Position numbers and translations under genes: made by a program
Assembly (NCBI GenBank): GCA_964036045.1
Contig: OZ038378.1
Coordinates: forward strand, 178,002,001 to 178,066,000
Length of the DNA: 64,000 nt
Direction: 5' to 3'
DNA from: Eutreptiella sp. 'Long Island Sound 2002'
Lineage: Eukaryota > Protista > Euglenida
Shown: piece by piece, positions 37,090 to 49,603 of the stretch
Numbering within the stretch: the stretch's first letter is position 1
Layout: each line of letters opens with the position of its first letter
Notes under the pieces: generated by a model
Database searches by the model: none
What the model was told of the DNA's origin: nothing
What the model saw: only the letters and a program-made list of their open reading frames with translations

Positions 37090-40000
37090 CTGTGGCACAG
37101 CATTAAGCAATAGACTTTTGAGCCTTGACCTATATCATTACTGCTGTGTTGACAATGCCCCGCACAAAGATGCACACATTCAAAGATCCAGTGGGGTGTC
37201 CGGGTGGCCAGGTATGCGTGGTATTGGCAGTACCGACCATTCCCAACAAAATGTTGCAACAGCATTGTTCAACATCTTCCCGTTCAAGATGCTCAGCACA
37301 CTGCACAATGGCAACTTGCGGGGGTAAAGCAGAAAAAGAAGATTGCAAAATCAATAACTGTCAAGCGCAAACAACCAACAACAATCTGCAGTGAACGAAC
37401 TCGCAGAAGAAATAATCATTTTTCTAAATTTGTCAAGAATTTACCTATTTTGTACGGCAACACAGCAGAATTATTTCTTTTCTTTGTGTTTTTTATTTTT
37501 TGCGAAAGGCACATTGTCAAGGCAAATGAATGCTAGAATAAACCATTCTCCCAAAATTTCAGAATTTCAACGGTATTTGGCAGATGGCCAACTTGGGCTG
37601 AAAATACGGCACAGACAACTGGGGACTCAGGCTCCTGCCCACAGAGTGATCCAGCTTAGCCGGGCACAACAGGGTACACTGACAAAATGGCTGATCATGG
37701 TTGTACTAGACCTACCACCCCCAAGCAATCTCATGGCGTTCACTGGCATACATCACCACTCCACAGATGTGTTCACACTGCAGCAATGTTTGGCATGATA
37801 TGCCCCATGCACCATTGCCTCCCTCTCAGCACCACAGAAGGCATGCACTATGCACAACACATGTTGCCCCGACCACACCCTGCATCCCCACTTGCCCATG
37901 CCCCACTCCATGGTCTGGGGCCTCCCAGTAACGTGAGAGAGAGAGAGTGTGTATGTCTGTTGGTGTAGCCTTGTGAAGGGATAGTGTGTTTACGCTGGAG
38001 TTTGGAGAGCGCCCGAGCACTTTACATTTACCTTTACGTAGCTAGGAAAAAGTCCCAAATCAATACAGTCCCTACGCCTACTGTAGCTTGGACAAGGGCG
38101 TAGCTTGCGTGCGACACATACAACTACCGGGATGGTGAGCTGATGCAAGAAAGGGGGATTTGGTGCACAAATATCCCAAAAATCAGAGCTATGTGGGTTC
38201 AAGTGGGCAAACACTCAAAACAAATGTGTCCATGACTCTATGTAACTGGCGAATTTGTCACCAAACCCATGTCTTATGTGGCTGCACTACATTTGGTACC
38301 AAATTAAAGCCGGTCCCAAATTAATACGGTCCCTACCCCTACTGTAGCTTGGACAAGGGCGTAGCTAGGACCAAAGGGGGGGCGGGGTGAGTGTGTCCGC
38401 ATGCAAGCAGATGTCCATGCAACTGACAGTCCTGCCCATGCTCTACCTGAATTGGGTTGCCTATTTTCGAGTTTTCTATGCCCTTATTCATCCTGTTTTG
38501 CTTGTACAAGCACATGGGCACAAGACAACTGGCAGAGGAGCCAGAAATACAACTACCTTCGCATTCGAGTTGCGCCGCCTGTTGGACTGCGGCACCTGCA
38601 AAGAGCCACGTGTTGACTCTGGTGCTGTGGTGTCATCCGAGTTGCCCTGTGCTTCCAAATGTGGCGCCTGCACAGAGTCACATAATGACTGTGGCGCAGC
38701 TTTAGCATCCGACTTGCACCGCCCGTTGGACTGTGGCACCTGCAAAGAGCCATGCGTGGACTGTGGCACAGCATTAAGCAATAGACTTTTGAGCCTTGAC
38801 CTATATCATTACTGCTGTGTTGACAATGCCCCGCACAAAGATGCACACATTCAAAGATCCAGTGGGGTGTCCGGGTGGCCAGGTATGCGTGGTATTGGCA
38901 GTACCGACCATTCCCAACAAAATGTTGCAACAGCATTGTTCAACATCTGCCCGTTCAAGATGCTCAGCACACTGCACAATGGCAACTTGCGGGGGTAAAG
39001 CAGAAAAAGAAGATTGCAAAATCAATAACTGTCAAGCGCAAACAACCAACAACAATCTGCAGTGAACGAACTCGCAGAAGAAATAATCATTTTTCTAAAT
39101 TTGTCAAGAATTTACCTATTTTGTACGGCAACACAGCAGAATTATTTCTTTTCTTTGTGTTTTTTATTTTTTGCGAAAGGCACATTGTCAAGGCAAATGA
39201 ATGCTAGAATAAACCATTCTCCCAAAATTTCAGAATTTCAACGGTATTTGGCAGATGGCCAACTTGGGCTGAAAATACGGCACAGACAACTGGGGACTCA
39301 GGCTCCTGCCCACAGAGTGATCCAGCTTAGCCGGGCACAACAGGGTACACTGACAAAATGGCTGATCATGGTTGTACTAGACCTACCACCCCCAAGCAAT
39401 CTCATGGCGTTCACTGGCATACATCACCACTCCACAGATGTGTTCACACTGCAGCAATGTTTGGCATGATATGCCCCATGCACCATTGCCTCCCTCTCAG
39501 CACCACAGAAGGCATGCACTATGCACAACACATGTTGCCCCGACCACACCCTGCATCCCCACTTGCCCATGCCCCACTCCATGGTCTGGGGCCTCCCAGT
39601 AACGTGAGAGAGAGAGTGTGTGTATGTCTGTTGGTGTAGCCTTGTGAAGGGATAGTGTGTTTACGCTGGAGTTCGGAGAGCGCCCGAGCACTTTACATTT
39701 ACCTTTACGTAGCTAGGAAAAAGTCCCAAATCAATACAGTCCCTACGCCTACTGTAGCTTGGACAAGGGCGTAGCTTGCGTGCGACACATACAACTACCG
39801 GGATGGTGAGCTGATGCAAGAAAGGGGGATTTGGTGCACAAATATCCCAAAAATCAGAGCTATGTGGGTTCAAGTGGGCAAACACTCAAAACAAATGTGT
39901 CCATGACTCTATGTAACTGGCGAATTTGTCACCAAACCCATGTCTTATGTGGCTGCACTACATTTGGTACCAAATTAAAGCCGGTCCCAAATTAATACGG

Positions 40001-43000
40001 TCCCTACCCCTACTGTAGCTTGGACAAGGGCGTAGCTAGGACAAAGGGGGGGCGGGGTGAGTGTGTCCGCATGCAAGCAGATGTCCATGCAACTGACAGT
40101 CCTGCCCATGCTCTACCTGAATTGGGTTGCCTATTTTCGAGTTTTCTATGCCCTTATTCATCCTGTTTTGCTTGTACAAGCACATGGGCACAAGACAACT
40201 GGCAGAGGAGCCAGAAATACAACTACCTTCGCATTCGAGTTGCGCCGCCTGTTGGACTGCGGCACCTGCAAAGAGCCACGTGTTGACTCTGGTGCTGTGG
40301 TGTCATCCGAGTTGCCCTGTGCTTCCAAATGTGGCGCCTGCACAGAGTCACATAATGACTGTGGCGCAGCTTTAGCATCCGACTTGCACCGCCCGTTGGA
40401 CTGTGGCACCTGCAAAGAGCCATGCGTGGACTGTGGCACAGCATTAAGCAATAGACTTTTGAGCCTTGACCTATATCATTACTGCTGTGTTGACAATGCC
40501 CCGCACAAAGATGCACACATTCAAAGATCCAGTGGGGTGTCCGGGTGGCCAGGTATGCGTGGTATTGGCAGTACCGACCATTCCCAACAAAATGTTGCAA
40601 CAGCATTGTTCAACATCTTCCCGTTCAAGATGCTCAGCACACTGCACAATGGCAACTTGCGGGGGTAAAGCAGAAAAAGAAGATTGCAAAATCAATAACT
40701 GTCAAGCGCAAACAACCAACAACAATCTGCAGTGAACGAACTCGCAGAAGAAATAATCATTTTTCTAAATTTGTCAAGAATTTACCTATTTTGTACGGCA
40801 ACACAGCAGAATTATTTCTTTTCTTTGTGTTTTTTATTTTTTGCGAAAGGCACATTGTCAAGGCAAATGAATGCTAGAATAAACCATTCTCCCAAAATTT
40901 CAGAATTTCAACGGTATTTGGCAGATGGCCAACTTGGGCTGAAAATACGGCACAGACAACTGGGGACTCAGGCTCCTGCCCACAGAGTGATCCAGCTTAG
41001 CCGGGCACAACAGGGTACACTGACAAAATGGCTGATCATGGTTGTACTAGACCTACCAACCCCAAGCAATCTCATGGCGTTCACTGGCATACATCACCAC
41101 TCCACAGATGTGTTCACACTGCAGCAATGTTTGGCATGATATGCCCCATGCACCATTGCCTCCCTCTCAGCACCACAGAAGGCATGCACTATGCACAACA
41201 CATGTTGCCCCGACCACACCCTGCATCCCCACTTGCCCATGCCCCACTCCATGGTCTGGGGCCTCCCAGTAACGTGAGAGAGAGAGTGTGTGTGTATGTC
41301 TGTTGGTGTAGCCTTGTGAAGGGATAGTGTGTTTACGCTGGAGTTCGGAGAGCGCCCGAGCACTTTACATTTACCTTTACGTAGCTAGGAAAAAGTCCCA
41401 AATCAATACAGTCCCTACGCCTACTGTAGCTTGGACAAGGGCGTAGCTTGCGTGCGACACATACAACTACCGGGATGGTGAGCTGATGCAAGAAAGGGGG
41501 ATTTGGTGCACAAATATCCCAAAAATCAGAGCTATGTGGGTTCAAGTGGGCAAACACTCAAAACAAATGTGTCCATGACTCTATGTAACTGGCGAATTTG
41601 TCACCAAACCCATGTCTTATGTGGCTGCACTACATTTGGTACCAAATTAAAGCCGGTCCCAAATTAATACGGTCCCTACCCCTACTGTAGCTTGGACAAG
41701 GGCGTAGCTAGGACAAAGGGGGGGCGGGGTGAGTGTGTCCGCATGCAAGCAGATGTCCATGCAACTGACAGTCCTGCCCATGCTCTACCTGAATTGGGTT
41801 GCCTATTTTCGAGTTTTCTATGCCCTTATTCATCCTGTTTTGCTTGTACAAGCACATGGGCACAAGACAACTGGCAGAGGAGCCAGAAATACAACTACCT
41901 TCGCATTTGAGTTGCGCCGCCTGTTGGACTGCGGCACCTGCAAAGAGCCACGTGTTGACTCTGGTGCTGTGGTGTCATCCGAGTTGCCCTGTGCTTCCAA
42001 ATGTGGCGCCTGCACAGAGTCACATAATGACTGTGGCGCAGCTTTAGCATCCGACTTGCACCGCCCGTTGGACTGTGGCACCTGCAAAGAGCCATGCGTG
42101 GACTGTGGCACAGCATTAAGCAATAGACTTTTGAGCCTTGACCTATATCATTACTGCTGTGTTGACAATGCCCCGCACAAAGATGCACACATTCAAAGAT
42201 CCAGTGGGGTGTCCGGGTGGCCAGGTATGCGTGGTATTGGCAGTACCGACCATTCCCAACAAAATGTTGCAACAGCATTGTTCAACATCTGCCCGTTCAA
42301 GATGCTCAGCACACTGCACAATGGCAACTTGCGGGGGCAAAGCAGAAAAAGAAGATTGCAAAATCAATAACTGTCAAGCGCAAACAACCAACAACAATCT
42401 GCAGTGAACGAACTCGGAGAAGAAATAATCATTTTTCTAAATTTGTCAAGAATTTACCTATTTTGTACGGCAACACAGCAGAATTATTTCTTTTCTTTGT
42501 GTTTTTTATTTTTTGCGAAAGGCACATTGTCAAGGCAAATGAATGCTAGAATAAACCATTCTCCCAAAATTTCAGAATTTCAACGGTATTTGGCAGATGG
42601 CCAACTTGGGCTGAAAATACGGCACAGACAACTGGGGACTCAGGCTCCTGCCCACAGAGTGATCCAGCTTAGCCGGGCACAACAGGGTACACTGACAAAA
42701 TGGCTGATCATGGTTGTACTAGACCTACCACCCCCAAGCAATCTCATGGCGTTCACTGGCATACATCACCACTCCACAGATGTGTTCACACTGCAGCAAT
42801 GTTTGGCATGATATGCCCCATGCACCATTGCCTCCCTCTCAGCACCACAGAAGGCATGCACTATGCACAACACATGTTGCCCCGACCACACCCTGCATCC
42901 CCACTTGCCCATGCCCCACTCCATGGTCTGGGGCCTCCCAGTAACGTGAGAGAGAGAGTGTGTGTATGTCTGTTGGTGTAGCCTTGTGAAGGGATAGTGT

Positions 43001-46000
43001 GTTTACGCTGGAGTTCGGAGAGCGCCCGAGCACTTTACATTTACCTTTACGTAGCTAGGAAAAAGTCCCAAATCAATACAGTCCCTACGCCTACTGTAGC
43101 TTGGACAAGGGCGTAGCTTGCGTGCGACACATACAACTACCGGGATGGTGAGCTGATGCAAGAAAGGGGGATTTGGTGCACAAATATCCCAAAAATCAGA
43201 GCTATGTGGGTTCAAGTGGGCAAACACTCAAAACAAATGTGTCCATGACTCTATGTAACTGGCGAATTTGTCACCAAACCCATGTCTTATGTGGCTGCAC
43301 TACATTTGGTACCAAATTAAAGCCGGTCCCAAATTAATACGGTCCCTACCCCTACTGTAGCTTGGACAAGGGCGTAGCTAGGACAAAGGGGGGGGCGGGG
43401 TGAGTGTGTCCGCATGCAAGCAGATGTCCATGCAACTGACAGTCCTGCCCATGCTCTACCTGAATTGGGTTGCCTATTTTCGAGTTTTCTATGCCCTTAT
43501 TCATCCTGTTTTGCTTGTACAAGCACATGGGCACAAGACAACTGGCAGAGGAGCCAGAAATACAACTACCTTCGCATTCGAGTTGCGCCGCCTGTTGGAC
43601 TGCGGCACCTGCAAAGAGCCACGTGTTGACTCTGGTGCTGTGGTGTCATCCGAGTTGCCCTGTGCTTCCAAATGTGGCGCCTGCACAGAGTCACATAATG
43701 ACTGTGGCGCAGCTTTAGCATCCGACTTGCACCGCCCGTTGGACTGTGGCACCTGCAAAGAGCCATGCGTGGACTGTGGCACAGCATTAAGCAATAGACT
43801 GTTGAGCCTTGACCTATATCATTACTGCTGTGTTGACAATGCCCCGCACAAAGATGCACACATTCAAAGATCCAGTGGGGTGTCCGGGTGGCCAGGTATG
43901 CGTGGTATTGGCAGTACCGACCATTCCCAACAAAATGTTGCAACAGCATTGTTCAACATCTTCCCGTTCAAGATGCTCAGCACACTGCACAATGGCAACT
44001 TGCGGGGGTAAAGCAGAAAAAGAAGATTGCAAAATCAATAACTTTCAAGCGCAAACAACCAACAACAATCTGCAGTGAACGAACTCGGAGAAGAAATAAT
44101 CATTTTTCTAAATTTGTCAAGAATTTACCTATTTTGTACGGCAACACAGCAGAATTATTTCTTTTCTTTGTGTTTTTTATTTTTTGCGAAAGGCACATTG
44201 TCAAGGCAAATGAATGCTAGAATAAACCATTCTCCCAAAATTTCAGAATTTCAACGGTATTTGGCAGATGGCCAACTTGGGCTGAAAATACGGCACAGAC
44301 AACTGGGGACTCAGGCTCCTGCCCACATAGTGATCCAGCTTAGCCGGGCACAACAGGGTACACTGACAAAATGGCTGATCATGGTTGTACTAGACCTACC
44401 ACCCCCAAGCAATCTCATGGCGTTCACTGGCATACATCACCACTCCACAGATGTGTTCACACTGCAGCAATGTTTGGCATGATATGCCCCATGCACCATT
44501 GCCTCCCTCTCAGCACCACAGAAGGCATGCACTATGCACAACACATGTTGCCCCGACCACACCCTGCATCCCCACTTGCCCATGCCCCACTCCATGGTCT
44601 GGGGCCTCCCAGTAACGTGAGAGAGAGAGTGTGTATGTCTGTTGGTGTAGCCTTGTGAAGGGATAGTGTGTTTACGCTGGAGTTCGGAGAGCGCCCGAGC
44701 ACTTTACATTTACCTTTACGTAGCTAGGAAAAAGTCCCAAATCAATACAGTCCCTACGCCTACTGTAGCTTGGACAAGGGCGTAGCTTGCGTGCGACACA
44801 TACAACTACCGGGATGGTGAGCTGATGCAAGAAAGGGGGATTTGGTGCACAAATATCCCAAAAATCAGAGCTATGTGGGTTCAAGTGGGCAAACACTCAA
44901 AACAAATGTGTCCATGACTCTATGTAACTGGCGAATTTGTCACCAAACCCATGTCTTATGTGGCTGCACTACATTTGGTACCAAATTAAAGCCGGTCCCA
45001 AATTAATACGGTCCCTACCCCTACTGTAGCTTGGACAAGGGCGTAGCTAGGACAAAGGGGGGGCGGGGTGAGTGTGTCCGCATGCAAGCAGATGTCCATG
45101 CAACTGACAGTCCTGCCCATGCTCTACCTGAATTGGGTTGCCTATTTTCGAGTTTTCTATGCCCTTATTCATCCTGTTTTGCTTGTACAAGCACATGGGC
45201 ACAAGACAACTGGCAGAGGAGCCAGAAATACAACTACCTTCGCATTTGAGTTGCGCCGCCTGTTGGACTGCGGCACCTGCAAAGAGCCACGTGTTGACTC
45301 TGGTGCTGTGGTGTCATCCGAGTTGCCCTGTGCTTCCAAATGTGGCGCCTGCACAGAGTCACATAATGACTGTGGCGCAGCTTTAGCATCCGACTTGCAC
45401 CGCCCGTTGGACTGTGGCACCTGCAAAGAGCCATGCGTGGACTGTGGCACAGCATTAAGCAATAGACTTTTGAGCCTTGACCTATATCATCACTGCTGTG
45501 TTGACAATGCCCCGCACAAAGATGCACACATTCAAAGATCCAGTGGGGTGTCCGGGTGGCCAGGTATGCGTGGTATTGGCAGTACCGACCATTCCCAACA
45601 AAATGTTGCAACAGCATTGTTCAACATCTGCCCGTTCAAGATGCTCAGCACACTGCACAATGGCAACTTGCGGGGGCAAAGCAGAAAAAGAAGATTGCAA
45701 AATCAATAACTGTCAAGCGCAAACAACCAACAACAATCTGCAGTGAACGAACTCGCAGAAGAAATAATCATTTTTCTAAATTTGTCAAGAATTTACCTAT
45801 TTTGTACGGCAACACAGCAGAATTATTTCTTTTCTTTGTGTTTTTTATTTTTTGCGAAAGGCACATTGTCAAGGCAAATGAATGCTAGAATAAACCATTC
45901 TCCCAAAATTTCAGAATTTCAACGGTATTTGGCAGATGGCCAACTTGGGCTGAAAATACGGCACAGACAACTGGGGACTCAGGCTCCTGCCCACAGAGTG

Positions 46001-46358
46001 ATCCAGCTTAGCCGGGCACAACAGGGTACACTGACAAAATGGCTGATCATGGTTGTACTAGACCTACCACCCCCAAGCAATCTCATGGCGTTCACTGGCA
46101 TACATCACCACTCCACAGATGTGTTCACAATGCAGCTATGTTTGGCATGATATGCCCCATGCACCATTGCCTCCCTCTCAGCACCACAGAAGGCATGCAC
46201 TATGCACAACACATGTTGCCCCGACCACACCCTGCATCCCCACTTGCCCATGCCCCACTCCATGGTCTGGGGCCTCCCAGTAACGTGAGAGAGAGTGTGT
46301 GTATGTCTGTTGGTGTAGCCTTGTGAAGGGATAGTGTGTTGTAGAGGCTGTATACGTG

Positions 46359-46640
46359 CCCCCCCCCCCACCCCTTGTCCTAGCTACGAAAAAGTCCCAA
46401 ATCAATACAGTCCCTACGCCTACTGTAGCTTGGACAAGGGCGTAGCTTGCGTGCGACACACACAACTACCGGGATGGTGAGCTGATGCAAGAAAGGGGGA
46501 TTCGGGGCACAAATATCCCAAAAATCAGAGCTATGTGGGTTCAAGTGGGCAAACACTCACAACAAATATGTCCATGACTCTATGTAATTGGCGAATTTGT
46601 CACCAACTTATGTGGCTGCACTACATTTGGTACTGAATTA
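46359..46640. mobile_element. MITE-like element at array junctions (intact left TIR here; right TIR e.g. 38360-38387)
   Basis: Left ccccccccccaccccttgtcctagctacg versus right cgtagctaggac(c/a)aagggggggcgggg; internal repeats ctactgtagcttggacaagggcgtagct. Confidence 0.6.
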
Positions 46641-46644
46641 AATC

Positions 46645-48300
46645 ATAAGAGGTAGGTTTGAGATCTGATGCCGCTCTTGCCTGAGGCACGTCCACAGTTT
46701 TTGCTGCTTGCAAGGCTCATTAGGGATGTGTACAACAAACACCAACCAGTGTTGTCCCTCGGAATCCGCTAGGGTTGCCTCCAGCACCGTTCCTTGCCCT
46801 TGGAGGGCAGTAAAAGAGGAAACCGGTGTCCACATATCCCGTCGCCAGGCTGGTGTGACTGCGCGCCGTTCTGAAAAGGAAGGGTTTGCTAATACCTCCC
46901 ACCGCAACGGAAAGACTTTCCTGGGCTTTTCGGATACCATGTCCCGACTCACATGGGGGGGGTGGGCTGAGCAGATGATGTTCCTATATGCCTAAAAGCG
47001 AGACATTGAACCGTTTGGTGGTGAGAACAAGATGCTTGTGCCGCGGCATCGCCTGCAGTATGCTAACGTGCTCTCCCGATTTTGCTAGCCGTGGTGTCAC
47101 CCATGGTCCATTCAAATTAGTTTGCATAAGGGTTAGAAGTTTGGAGATGTACCTATCCCCTCCCAAACTCACGTCCCCGTGATCCATGGCTGCTTACCCC
47201 TTGCCCTTACCCCTGCCCTTGCCCCAGACTGCATCAGCATAGAGACATTCTAGCGTGGGCCTGACCCTTCGCCGCTTGTCGTGTCTCCAGCGCGGCCTCC
47301 CTTGCCGCCTTTCCCCTTGCGTTTGCCGGCCGCATTGTACTGCTTGTTGCCAATGACGTACATGCAGGTCGCTGTGACCTCATCTTTGAGGACTATGCCC
47401 GTGAGGCCAAGCAATCCTCGTCCCTTGAGCCTCCATGCGCACAGGGCCATATCCCCAGGCGTCCAAGATATCCGCGTGATGCTATCCACTGCCACCCCAT
47501 CATCCAGCTGTCTGAGGAGAGTTGACACTTCGTCACCTTCCAACCACGGCGGCACGTCCTAGATAACCACCGTATCGTCAAGAGTGTCCCCAACCCCTGA
47601 CTTCACAGATCCCTTTGACAAGCATCCCGTCCCCCCCCCCTCCCCGAGGGGCTGGTCTGTTTTTTCGTTTTTCACAAGGAGGCCGGAACCATTGACCTCG
47701 GGCAGCGAAGACGCCGCCCATTTGGCCGCCTCGTCCTCTGAGTGTAGACCCAGGCACAATTTGAATCGAGTAGACACTTGAAGCGCGAACTTTACTCCGC
47801 TTTCCGCAAAGCACGCCAAGGTGGAGTTGTATACAAGGGCCCATAACCGTGGTGCAACCTCCTCTTTTGCCGATTGCATGGGATATGTTTGAAGCACTAC
47901 AATGCAAGTGGAGAACTGTGTCCCCGAGATTCTGGAATTCTGGAAGAGTCATGATTGCGAAGTACGACGTGTCGATCATGTTCGCCATTAGTTCCCTCCT
48001 TTCCTCGGCATCCATTGTGTGATGTGCGATGCGGGACACGCCTTTGGCTTTCCCTTGCGAGGTACGATACGCGTTCCCGTTCTTTTCCATGGCGCGCAAG
48101 ACTTCCAGCACAAATTTGTTATCTACCTGCACCGCATATCTGTTAGGATCCGCTGTGGAGATTCACACACTACGACTCGCCGTGAGATCCCCAGGCACCA
48201 GCATCCGAACTGATACGTACTGCGAGCCAATCCTGACACCCGGTCAGACCGCAATGACTGTACCACAAAATACGAGACTCCTTTCCCCGGTGAGGAAACA
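46645..48300 (-). mobile_element. LINE 5' portion (ORF1 and start of APE), truncated at the array
   Basis: ORF1 homologous to 33400-33978 (RAMEKNGNAYRTSQGKAKGVSRI); APE start TNLNG...NVSLLGI*EHH...WLVFVVHIPNEP. Confidence 0.88.
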
Positions 48301-48379
48301 CTCAGCAGCCAAGACAGCTGACACACGCGGCGGACCGCAAAGGGAATATACGCTTTCATATCCGCAGCTGCCGGCAACA

Positions 48380-49400
48380 GCGGCGTGTCGTCCTTAACCT
48401 CAATCAAAAAATCTATTCTCTGGGCCCTAATTTTGTAGAAAAGCAGTCTACTGGGCTGGTTCCCCAATTTCCCAGTTCGTCTCTCTTCATAACCACAAGG
48501 ATGTTGACATTGGCCCCCGGAAACTGGCATTGAATCTCCTCTTCATCGGCATCCTTCAGCCTAGACCATCGAATGGCTAGTATCTCCCCCCTCAGAAGGC
48601 CAGCTTTCCTCCTGCAAAATGCGCTCTACAGAATCCCAAGTAAACAGCAGGACCTGTTGTGCTTGCTCATCGACCTCAATGGCCGGTACAGAAGCCAGTG
48701 CCACTTGACGTTGAAGAACCTGCCGGGCAGCCTGCACTTTTGTATGCTGTGAGCATTGAAAGCACCCTTCGCCTTTCCTCCATCTGCCTTGGGCGGCGGC
48801 GCGGTAATTGTCTCGCCACAGACCGCAGGCAAAGTATTATCCAACACACGCGCTAGCACCTTGAGCCACGCACACGCCTTAGTACGATGATACATGTCCT
48901 CCACCGCTCCACATACAGGACAAGTATCAGGCATTGGCGAAAAAATGTGGTGGACACGCTTGGCCACCGCTACTTTCTTCCAAAGCGCAGTGTAAATGAA
49001 TTCAAGATCACAGGGGGGGAGGCTTGTAGGCACGCCAGGTGGCTGTTTCTTGCCATCAGTCCTCACGCAGTGTGCACACTACACCTTGGAAGGCCGGGGC
49101 AAGCTTCAACCAATCATCAAAAGATAGGGGGGGGGGGGTACGCCCAGAGACAAGGATCTTTGATTCCCAGGCCGGGGTCACAGACCGCAACACCAATAGC
49201 AGTTTGCCCCAAGCCGCCTGCTTGAGCTTGTGCGACTTTGTCATTTGTAAGGATGGACCAAAGTACTTCTGCCGCAGTTGGGCAGAAGTACTTTGGCAGA
49301 TGGCGGTGGGGAAGGTGACCACACACGGTACTCCCTTTCCATTGATGTGGGGATGAGGTCCTGAGAGATGGCACAGTAGCCGAGACCCCCAAACAGGATA
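48380..49400 (-). mobile_element. LINE 3' fragment with zf-RVT
   Basis: FIYTALWKKVAVAKR...CPVCGAVEDMYH...CAWL zinc-binding motif; upstream FGPSL...KLKQAAWGKL. Confidence 0.7.
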
Positions 49401-49603
49401 CCTCGAATGTATCCCGAATGTACCCTGAATGTACCCCAAATGCCCGAATGCCCAACACCCAAATGCACCTATGATGCCTATGCTCTTGTCACCCTGCTTT
49501 TATTTCAAGTTGGGAGGTCTACGTTGAATTGCCACACAGCGCACACACTGCACATAGTGCACTCACTAGGAACATGGGTGTTGGAGACTAGAAATACAAG
49601 TAC

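Larger units (their letters stand above)
36716..46640. repeat. Six-copy tandem array, unit about 1.67 kb
   Basis: Identical ORFs start at 36817, 38488, 40158, 41830, 43501 and 45169 (steps 1671, 1670, 1672, 1671, 1668); only scattered SNPs and indels. Confidence 0.98.

Noticed and set aside
36710-37327. 203-213-aa Cys-rich plus-strand ORFs repeated in each array unit
   Set aside because: They are antisense to the 24-aa-repeat exon; the CxxC pattern arises from the complement of the CAG/GCA-rich repeat codons.
36716-46640. Array considered as CRISPR or rDNA/5S/SL-RNA repeat
   Set aside because: No short repeat with unique spacers, and no rRNA, 5S or spliced-leader sequence recognised in the unit.
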